A DNA stretch of 64,000 bases from Thecamonas trahens ATCC 50062. Lineage: Eukaryota; Protista; Apusomonadida. The stretch's first letter is position 1. Every line of letters begins with the position of its first letter. The stretch is taken from contig NW_013657627.1 in NCBI RefSeq assembly GCF_000142905.1, positions 224,204-288,203 on the forward strand. Direction: 5' to 3'. Of this stretch, positions 55,811-64,000 are shown in pieces. The notes beneath the pieces were generated by a model. The model made no database searches and was not told the origin of the DNA. It saw nothing but the letters and a program-made list of their open reading frames with translations. A program made the position numbers and the translations under genes.

Positions 55811-56923
55811 ATGATCATCTACGCAGTGGTTGCCCGCGGGGCGACCATCCTCGCTGACCACGCCACGGCGTCCGGCAACTTTACCACCATTGCCCCTATG
55901 ATTCTGGAGAAGGTGAACCCGTCGCACAACGAGAAGCGCTCGTATGCCTACAACGAGTATGTCTTCCACTACATGGTCGAGGACGGCCTCATCTTCATGG
56001 CCATGACCGACAAGGGTACGGTTTCCTTCCCGCTTCCTCCACCCTGTTGCTTTGGCACATGTCCCTCGCCATCCCCCCCTCCCCCCCCAATCCGTCAGCC
56101 TTGTCGCGCCCGCGCCGAGCCCTTGTTCCGTCTCGTCCCCCCGCCACCTCCCGCTCGCCGCACCACCCAGCCCTTCCCACCTCGCGTGTTCCGACATCCG
56201 CTTGCCACAGCCACATGCATGGCAGGAGACTACGGGTGTGTGCGGTGCTGTGCGGGTGGGGCAGGTGGTCTGGCAGCCTGGCTGTGGCCGTGATCGCGGT
56301 CGTGATCACGACGGTGATCACGACGGTGATCATGACCGCCCACCGGAAAAGGCCGTAGATGCGAGGACGTGGACGAGCGGGAGAGTGATGGGCATGGCGA
56401 GAGACTCACAGCGGGATTGGTTACTGATGGATGTATGGATGGTCGGGAATGGGTGCGGACAGATACCAAGAAGCGGATTCCGTTTGCGTTTCTGGCAGAC
56501 GTCTCGCAGAACTTCCACGCTGAGATCCCCAACCCGCGGCAGTGGCAGACGGCGCAGGCGTACGAGCTTAATGATCGGTTTGGACGGCGGCTTGCGGAGC
56601 GGACCGACTTCTTCTCGAACAACCCCAGCGCGGACAAGATCGGACACTTGCAGGCCCAGATCGAGGACGTCAAGGGGGTGATGGTGGAGAACATCGAAAA
56701 GGTGCTCGAGCGCGGCGAGCGAATCGAGGTCCTTGTCGATCGGACTGATCAGCTCAACTCGCAGGCACAAGTCTTCCAGAAGCGGTCGACACAGCTCAAG
56801 CGCGCCATGTGGTGGCAGAACATGAAGATGCAGCTCCTTCTCGGCTTTGTCTGCATCCTCATCATCTTCATTATCATCTGGGCCGCCTGCGGCATCTCCT
56901 TCCAGCGGTGCAAGAAGAAGTAG
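55811..56923 (+). CDS. VAMP7: Longin R-SNARE VAMP7; exons 55811-56015 and 56463-56923
   Basis: MIIYAVVARGATILA (longin domain); spliced DKDTKKRIPFAFL; VKGVMVENIEKVLERGERIEVLVDRT; MWWQNMK followed by a TM helix. The intron is GTACGG...TACTGA...CAG. Confidence 0.95.
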
Positions 56924-57125
56924 ACATCACGCCCCCCCCCCCCCCCCCCCCCCCCGCCCCCTCCACCGGCCACTGCACCAGCAGCTGCACAATACACACA
57001 CCATACCCCACCCACCCCCTTTCTGCCCACCCAATCCCATGTTGACATCACACTCGCACGCACCTGCCTTTCTATTGCTTCGACGGCCACTCGTCCTCCC
57101 CCCCCCCTCACCTCCCGGACAAGCC

Positions 57126-58133
57126 ATGGAGAAACTCGCTGGACGGTGCCAGGTGCTGCAGACTGCTGTGACGGGCCAAGTACGACTGTCCATCTCATCG
57201 GTGGCTGGAGTCTCGACCTCTGTCGTCCTTCACTCATCCAAGCTCGTCTTTGACATGGGCTCGTTCGACTCGTTGCTCCCGGCGGCTGCCATCTTGGGCG
57301 CTTCTGTGGTTCTCTGCAGTCATGGGCATCTTGATCATTCGTCTGGAGTCATTCAGCATGCGTCGCGCCGGTCACTGATGAACAGATCAAGCACGTCGAC
57401 GTATGTGGTACCGGCTGGTCCGGCCGAGAACGCCATGCAGGCGTACTTTGAGTCGGCAGAGCTGCTCACCGACTCGCCTCTGGGCGCCACTGTTGTTGGC
57501 GCTGTTGTTGGCGAGAGCTTTGATCCGCATGCTCTCGCTGGTCTTGCCTCGCGTCGACTGCGTGTCACACCTTTGGAGGCCATCCATCGAGTGGATGCCG
57601 TTGGCTATCTCGTTGCTGAGGAGCGATCGGCGCTCAAGGCCGAGTACAAGGCGGCCATTGCTGACGGGAGCATGGCGACAGCAGATGTGGGCAGGCTCAA
57701 GCGCGAGGGCATAGAGGTGACCGAAGCCAGCATTGCCAAGATCTTTGCCTACTCGGGCGACACGACGATCGACTTTCTCACCAACGAGGCCAATCTGGCT
57801 GCGCTTGACGGCGTCTCGGTGCTGGCGCTCGAGTGCACGTACGTGGGGACGTCGCCCAACACGACGCCGGCCAAGGCGCGTGAGCGCGGCCACGTGCACT
57901 TTGATCACATCGTTCAGGCCTACGCCGATGGAAATCGCGTGCTCCACTCGCTCGATGCCCTTGTTCTCCTCCACTTTTCCGCCGCGCACTCAGCCGCGCA
58001 GATTGTGGAAGACATCGCCACTACCGCACCACCCGGCCTCCTCGACAAGCTCTGGCTCGCACTCCATCCGTCACACGGCTCGCTTCCAGACGCAGTTGCG
58101 ACTCCCGAGACACCAGCCGGAGCTAGCAGCTAG
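57126..58133 (+). CDS. Short-form tRNase Z (TM-type/plant TRZ1-like) metallo-beta-lactamase
   Basis: FDMG, SHGHLDH, HRVDAVGY, LKAEY..LKREGIEVT (flexible arm), YSGDT, LECTY, GHVH, LLHFS. Confidence 0.82.
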   Translation: MEKLAGRCQVLQTAVTGQVRLSISSVAGVSTSVVLHSSKLVFDMGSFDSLLPAAAILGASVVLCSHGHLDHSSGVIQHASRRSLMNRSSTSTYVVPAGPAENAMQAYFESAELLTDSPLGATVVGAVVGESFDPHALAGLASRRLRVTPLEAIHRVDAVGYLVAEERSALKAEYKAAIADGSMATADVGRLKREGIEVTEASIAKIFAYSGDTTIDFLTNEANLAALDGVSVLALECTYVGTSPNTTPAKARERGHVHFDHIVQAYADGNRVLHSLDALVLLHFSAAHSAAQIVEDIATTAPPGLLDKLWLALHPSHGSLPDAVATPETPAGASS

Positions 58134-58602
58134 CGGCGCCACACTCGTTGACCACCTTCGATCGCTCTGTCGCTGTTAGCCGCCGATCGATCCGATGAGC
58201 GTGCCCAAGCAGATTGAGATCGACACAAGCACATCTGATCTCTCCCTCCCCCCCATTACCATGCAGCTGTCTGCAGATGCCATCCAGCCCATGTCAGCAG
58301 TTATTGCGGTCGCTGTAGTCGTTGTGGTCGGTGGTGTCGCTGTTGATAGCCAATGGATCCGAGCTTCCATTGCGAGCGGACGGAAGGCCCACAGGCGACC
58401 GCAAGAGCAGAGGGAGGAGCAGGCACCTGGACTGGGACCGTCACCGTCAACAGGCGCAGACATAGACATAGACAGAAGACACTCGACGTGAGTAAAACGC
58501 AAGAGACCTACTTCCACCCCCATCTACAAGCATACCTAGAGGGAGAGAGCGTGTCTGTGTCCGTGTCTCTGTGGCTGCGTCTCGGGTCTCTCTGTCTCGG
58601 CC

Positions 58603-60613
58603 ATGTCTGACTTCGTCTCGCTTCCCGAGGAAGCACTGGTACGGGTGGTGGCTCACCTGGATGTGGCCTCGGTGGTGGCTCTCTCTGCCACATGCTCACA
58701 TGTATGTTGTAAAAGGGGGATGATTGGGATGGGGATGGGCAGGGTGGTGATAGAGGGTCTTACTGTGTGGGCTGATGGTTGTGCTGGTTGTGCTGGTTGT
58801 GCTGGTTGTGCTGGTTTTGCTGGTTGTGCTGTTTGTGCTGGTTGTGCTGGTTGTGCTGGTTGTGGTGGTTGTGGTGGTTGTGGTGGTTGTGCTGATCGAC
58901 CTGCTCGTGCTGCTCATACTGATGCTGGTTGTACTGATCGACCTGCTCGTGCTGCTCATACTGATGCTGGTTGTACTGATCGACCTGCTCGTGCTGCTCA
59001 TACTCGTGCTGGTTGTACTGATCGACCTGCTCATGCTGCTCATACTCGTGCTGGTTGTACTGATCGACCTGCTCATGCTGCTCATACTCGTGCTGGTTGT
59101 ACTGATCGACCTGCTCGTGCTGCTCATACTCGTGCTGATCGTGCCGATCGTCCTGATGCTGCTGGCCGTCACAGCTGCGCCGCGTGGCAACCAACGATAA
59201 GGTCTGGCGCGAGCTGGCGCGCAACCAGTATACGCTGGCGACAAGCGAGATGGCGGCAATCGATGGGTTTCTGAACCGCTGCGAGCCGTTGCATGGCTGG
59301 CGGGCTCTGGCGATGGGCTGGATGGACACAGACGCACGCCTCGCCAAGTCCACTCACGGACTCTGGTCGCGCCGGTGCCAGGTCGAGGGCGGCTGGGACT
59401 ACAACGAGTACACCGAATCGGAGGCCGGATTTGTTCTCCGGCTTGAGCCGGGCACCCTGTCTTTGTTGTCGAGCATTTTGAGCCTCCCAAGGACATGTTT
59501 CTTGTTGTTGCGCCGCTGAAGACGTACACGGGCCAACCGCAGAGCCAAATAGGGCTCATCTCTGCGCACGCGCTTCCTCCTGCCATCGCTCTGCGCCGAG
59601 TCGACTACCTGCGGGCGTTGATGCCATCGGCCCACACCGCTTCTTCGGCCAACTCTTCCAATGATGAGATGGAGACGCTGCAGATGCTGCTGACGAGCCT
59701 GCTGGCGCTCGCCCTGCTTGCGGGGTTTACTCTCGGCACGGCGTCCAAGCTCCTGCTCGGCGCCACCTTTCCGTCGTGGCTCCTCCTCTCGTGCCTGCTA
59801 CAGGGTCTGCTCCTGCTTGGCGGGTACGCGGCGATCACGCGCCTTGCACGCTTTGTCGCCTCGCCAACCGCAGCTGTGTTTGGGCGCTCGACCGGCGATG
59901 AGGCGCTCGTCCAGCTGGTAGTGGTCTGCTGGCTGGTGGCAGCAATGCTGACGGTCTTTGGCGTGGCGCTGCGGCTGGACGCGCCGCCGTCGCCTGCTGT
60001 CGCGTGGTCGACTGTGCTCCGCCCGCTGTCATGGGCGCACACGATGACCGCCCTCGCCCCGGTCATCCGACTTGTCCTCCACGAGAGCGACACCGCCGTC
60101 CTCTCGCCAGCGCGCCTGGCCTGGCTCTATCTTGGTGCCCCACTCACGCTCCATCTCCCGCTCTATGTCTTTCTCTCCGGCCTTGCCACCAACCTCGACG
60201 CATCGACGCGGTCTTGTCTCTCTGTGGCGGCACCGCTGCTGGCCATCGAGTGCGGCGCGGGCTGCCTGCTTCTGCTTCACGCACTCTACGGGCGCGGGAC
60301 GACTCTTGTCAAGTTTACCGCCTATCTTGTCGACCGCGGTGCCGTCCTCCGCGGCCTGCCTGACGTTCACGCCGAGCGGCGGGGAGCAGTGACTCGCATC
60401 GCCACCGGCTTGGCCTGCCTCATCCTCGGGCAACTGGTCTTTTGCCACGCCATCGACGGCACGCCTCCGCTCCCAGCATTTATGGCGGCCTGGATCCCGT
60501 CGCCACACATGCTCATTATTGCCGGCCTCGCTCTCGCCCTCGCCGCCCTCACCCGCACACTCTCCTCGCTCTGCTCTACCATCTCTGCCCTCTCCACCAT
60601 GATCCACCCATAA
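58603..60613 (+). CDS. F-box protein with multi-pass membrane C-terminus; intron 58702-59174 and a frame change near 59440-59520
   Basis: FVSLPEEALVRVVAHLD..SVVALSATCSH|LRRVATNDKVWRELA after removing GTATGT...CAG. The downstream ORF 59495-60613 has about 7-8 hydrophobic helices; joining it to the F-box exons is inferred. Confidence 0.6.
58777..59160. repeat. Intronic tandem repeats: 9-bp (gctggttgt) array followed by about six 42-bp units
   Basis: Unit actgatcgacctgctcgtgctgctcatactgatgctggttgt repeated inside the F-box intron. Confidence 0.88.
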
Positions 60614-60885
60614 CCGAAGCCCAACTCAACGTCGCGCCACCGGCGCCATAGCTCCGTGTCACCCAAAGCCGAAAGCCGTCGCTGTCAACACACCAAAGTC
60701 ACCCGGCTAGCCACTGACCCGCCCCGCCCCCACCACCACGGCCACCCCCAGTCACCCACGCACCCCACCCCCCCCACCCCACCCCCCACCCCATTCCACC
60801 CCCTCCCCCCCACCCTCCCCCTTACCACCCCCACCACCCCCGCCCCGCCCCTCCCCTCCCCTCCCCCCGCACAACCCCGCAGGTC

Positions 60886-61482
60886 ATGGCCGGGCGACGG
60901 CTGCCCAACGCGCCCACGTTTCTTGAGCACGGACGGTACCGGTTCCTCATTACGGACGCGCCGCTGGAGAGCAACCTCTCACTGTACCTGGACGAGTTCA
61001 CCAAGTACTCTGTGAGCCATATGGTCCGTGTCTGTGAGCCGTCATACTCGTCCGAGCCTGTCCTTGCCCGCGGCATTGAGTTTCATGATTGGGCTTTTAC
61101 CGACGGCGAAGCTCCGCCAAGTCACATTGTCGATGAATGGCTGGCTCTGGTTGCCGCTACCTTTGGCTCAGACTCGTCATCGTCGTCGTCCACCGCTGCT
61201 GGTTCCGGCGCCGGCTCTTCATCTGCTGCTGCTCCTTCTTCTTCTTCTGCTACTGCTATGTCCTCCTCCGCTAAGCCGGCCATCGCCATCCACTGCGTGG
61301 CGGGCCTCGGTCGCGCTCCTGTCATGGTCGCCATCGCCCTCATCGAGTCGGGCATGGACTGGGTCGAAGCCGTCGAGATCATCCGCGAGAATCGTCGTGG
61401 CGCCCTCAACAGGACCCAGCTATCATACCTCGAGCACTACACCCCGCGCTCGCGCTCGGGCTGCTCGTGCACCATCCTCTAG
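60886..61482 (+). CDS. PTP4A: PRL-type prenylated protein tyrosine phosphatase
   Basis: RFLITDAP, VRVCEPSY, DWAFTDG..PP, HCVAGLGRAPV, RRGALN..QL, and C-terminal CaaX CTIL. Confidence 0.93.
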   Translation: MAGRRLPNAPTFLEHGRYRFLITDAPLESNLSLYLDEFTKYSVSHMVRVCEPSYSSEPVLARGIEFHDWAFTDGEAPPSHIVDEWLALVAATFGSDSSSSSSTAAGSGAGSSSAAAPSSSSATAMSSSAKPAIAIHCVAGLGRAPVMVAIALIESGMDWVEAVEIIRENRRGALNRTQLSYLEHYTPRSRSGCSCTIL

Positions 61483-61548
61483 CCACACACCCTCCCCACC
61501 TCACCCCGCCCGATAAAGCCCAACCTCTCTCTGCCTCGACTTTGTTCA

Positions 61549-64000
61549 TTAAACACAGTCTGCAAGGACCTCGACCTCGCCTGCAAGCGCCGCCATCTCG
61601 TGGTAGTTGGCGATGTTGCCAAAGGCCTGCATGGCGACGGCGATGTCGTCGCGCGAGACGGCGAGCTTGAACTCGCCCGAGCACTCGCAGTACCGGCGGA
61701 GGTTGGAGAGCTTGACCTGGCGGCACTTGTTGCAGACCAGGTCCTGCAGCTGAAAGGCGGTGATCTTGGCGTGGAGCTCGTCGATGAGCCGTGCCTCGAT
61801 GGCGGCCTTGTCGGCGGCGTGGCCGCAGATGGCGCAGCCCCAGTCGCCCTTGGTCACCCGCGGATCGCGGGCGAGGTCGACCGACCGCGACGCGTTGCAG
61901 TACGAGCAGATGACGTTCTGCAAGATGTACGTCAGGCATGGGTTGCGGAACTCGGCTGACGACGCAAACTCGGGCACGCCGAGGATGCGGAGGAGCGATC
62001 GCTTGAGTTTGTCGACCTGGCTCTCGAGCGCCTTGTCGAGGTAGAAGACCTGCGTGACGTACTTGACAAACTCGAGGCCTGGCGAGTCGAGCGGAAGGTG
62101 CGAGCCTGCCAGGCGCGGAAAGTCGGCCTTGTGGTACTGCCGCGACTCGGTGACAGCGGTGAAAAGCTGCTGCGCGTAGTGGTCGCCGATGAGCGCCCGC
62201 GCGTAGTCCTGCAGCGTCTCGGCGCCGTAGAACGCGCCTGCCGCCGGCGCGCCAGCCTCGGGCCCGCCCACGGCCTCGAGCCGCTTAGTCGCCTTGAACT
62301 CGTACATCTTGTAGATGTACTCGGAGACGACAAAGACAAACTGCTCCTCAAGCGGCTTGGGCAGATAAAGCGACATGTCCCAGTTGGAGATGACCTGCTG
62401 GGCTTGTGAGGTGGCGCGGAGCGCAGCGCGGGTGATGGCCCGCGCCTCCTCGGGCGAGCGCGCCGCCTCGGCCTTGTCAAACTCGGCCGCCAGCTCATCG
62501 ACCACGTGCGGCTTGACCCGGATGCCGCCGTAGTTGGCCGGGTCGACAAACATGAGCTCGGCCCAGTACGCCGAGATGTGGACGCCCAGAAAGTGGAAGA
62601 GCGGCGTCTCGCCCACAGCCTTGAGCACGTACGCAATGTACGCCTCGGCGTTCTCCAGCTGGGTCTTTGACGTGGCGAGAATGATTTTCTCAAACGAGCC
62701 GTACACAATGTGCGCGCCGAGCGAGCGGAGCTTGGCCAGAAGCTGGAGGAAGACCTTCTTCATCATCATGTGGACCAGCGAGTGCAGTTGCGGATCGTAG
62801 AGCTTCGACTTGGGGTCCTGCAGCCAGCGGTAAAAGTGCATCTGGAGCGCGTCCGCGCTGGTGTTCCGCCCGTGGCCCACGTCCACCGACCACTGGTGGA
62901 CAAGAGCCTTGATGATTTGCAGCGCCGGTGCGGCGGCGAGTTCGTCTGACCCACCGCCGGCCGCCTCGTTGAGCACCGCCGGCCCGGCCAGCCCGCCCTC
63001 GATGAGCGCTTCCATCGACGTCGCCGGGCCTGACGCCGTCGCGCCAGACTTGGCCAGCACCGGCCCGCCGCCCACGCTCGCCTCCAGCGAGCCCTCGAGA
63101 GCAGAGAGGTACGTCGACTGGAGGATGGTGTTGATGGCGAGCGAAGAGAGCTCCAGCTCCACACACACCGTGTGGTACGCGCCGGCCGAGACAAACTCCG
63201 GGTTGACCACTGGCGCGGCGACAGCGGCAAAGTCGTCGGCCTCGGACCCGCCGAGATCTGGAAGCGCCGAGAGCGAGGTCCACGCCACAAAGTTGTTTTC
63301 GGCGAGGAGCCGTGCGACGGCAATGTCGGTGATGCCGAGCGCGTAGTCCTCTTCGAGGCTACCAATCGGCACTCGCGCGTACCGGGCAAGCGGCAGCTGG
63401 TTGCCCCACCACTCGTGCATGACAAAGTACCGGGCGAGGCCGCGCTCCACTGCCGCGGCCTGCCACCCAAGCGGCTCGTACTGCGAGTCGGCGACGTTGG
63501 CCGGGACGGTGAGGACAGGCACGGCGGCGAGGGTCGGGATCTCGCGCTGGAGGGTGGCCTTGTCTGCCGGCGAGCAGATCGAGACCACGGCGTTGCCATC
63601 GTAGTAGCCGACGAGCTCGTTGACCTCGCGGTAGCCGCGCGCGAGCCGCTTGACCAGTGTGACAGCAACTGTGTAGCGTGCAGCGGCAGCGTCGGCGGCA
63701 GCCTCGACCTCGGCCATTGACTGCCAGCCGCCAGCGGCAGCGACGGCCGGCGGCGGCGGCTCCGTGCCTGCCAGCAGGCGCGCCTTGAGGACGCTTGCGA
63801 GGACGGCGCGGACCTTGACGCCCGAGCGCGAGATGTCGCTGCCAGTGAGCCGGCGGACTGGATCGGCCGCCGACGGATCGACGAGGACCAGGTCGAGCTT
63901 GGAGCCAAAGGCCGGAAAAACGACAAAGACGGCGCGGGCGCGTGTAGCGTTCCGCTCGAGCGCAGTCGCCGAGTGGTAGATCATGAGGTGGGCCGCCGAG
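61549..64000 (-). CDS. POLE: DNA polymerase epsilon catalytic subunit, C-terminal part (continues beyond the window)
   Basis: ARYARVPIG, PDLGG.E.DD, GAYHTVCVELE..LAINTIL, HFYRWL..P.S.LYDP.L, MKKVFLQL, D.ANYGG. Zinc-binding C-terminus: CSYC..C..C and QDLVC..C..C.C. Confidence 0.95.
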   Translation of the reverse strand, partial: SAAHLMIYHSATALERNATRARAVFVVFPAFGSKLDLVLVDPSAADPVRRLTGSDISRSGVKVRAVLASVLKARLLAGTEPPPPAVAAAGGWQSMAEVEAAADAAAARYTVAVTLVKRLARGYREVNELVGYYDGNAVVSICSPADKATLQREIPTLAAVPVLTVPANVADSQYEPLGWQAAAVERGLARYFVMHEWWGNQLPLARYARVPIGSLEEDYALGITDIAVARLLAENNFVAWTSLSALPDLGGSEADDFAAVAAPVVNPEFVSAGAYHTVCVELELSSLAINTILQSTYLSALEGSLEASVGGGPVLAKSGATASGPATSMEALIEGGLAGPAVLNEAAGGGSDELAAAPALQIIKALVHQWSVDVGHGRNTSADALQMHFYRWLQDPKSKLYDPQLHSLVHMMMKKVFLQLLAKLRSLGAHIVYGSFEKIILATSKTQLENAEAYIAYVLKAVGETPLFHFLGVHISAYWAELMFVDPANYGGIRVKPHVVDELAAEFDKAEAARSPEEARAITRAALRATSQAQQVISNWDMSLYLPKPLEEQFVFVVSEYIYKMYEFKATKRLEAVGGPEAGAPAAGAFYGAETLQDYARALIGDHYAQQLFTAVTESRQYHKADFPRLAGSHLPLDSPGLEFVKYVTQVFYLDKALESQVDKLKRSLLRILGVPEFASSAEFRNPCLTYILQNVICSYCNASRSVDLARDPRVTKGDWGCAICGHAADKAAIEARLIDELHAKITAFQLQDLVCNKCRQVKLSNLRRYCECSGEFKLAVSRDDIAVAMQAFGNIANYHEMAALAGEVEVLADCV

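Noticed and set aside
58696-59353. Mucin-like, Q/H-rich and hydrophobic repeat ORFs in all frames
   Set aside because: They come from an intronic tandem repeat. Splicing it out restores a contiguous F-box.

Overview
GC-rich, gene-dense, intron-poor genomic DNA from a unicellular eukaryote. The gene repertoire and style suggest an apusomonad-like protist such as Thecamonas; this is inference and was not checked. There are three assembly gaps (2217-2831, 7787-7886, 45371-45470). About 23 protein-coding genes are recognisable, in order: CYRI/FAM49, ABI (WAVE complex), a Myb/SANT-like protein, an ankyrin-DHHC palmitoyltransferase, a signal-peptide CX5R phosphatase, a candidate gustatory-receptor-like 7TM ion channel, an orphan membrane protein, a large M11-type metalloprotease receptor ending in a cytoplasmic SH3 domain, an ankyrin-polyPro-WH2-ankyrin protein, a RegA-like REC-phosphodiesterase, a Tweety/prominin-like protein, DDI1, a RhoGAP, a membrane-anchored beta-propeller glycosidase, a UBZ-ArfGAP with FG/NPF motifs, SKI3, a giant Calx-beta/PA14/extensin-like adhesin, TDP2, a CH-CH/SH3/TerD-like/PH protein, VAMP7, a short tRNase Z, an F-box membrane protein, a PRL phosphatase and the 3' part of DNA polymerase epsilon. 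I saw no rRNA, tRNA, CRISPR array or intact mobile element. The most notable items are the chimeric domain architectures (protease-receptor-SH3; CH-SH3-TerD-PH; ANK-WH2), the adjacent CYRI+ABI pair within an actin-regulator-rich neighbourhood, and the 7TM ion-channel candidate. All domain calls come from visual motif recognition, not database searches.
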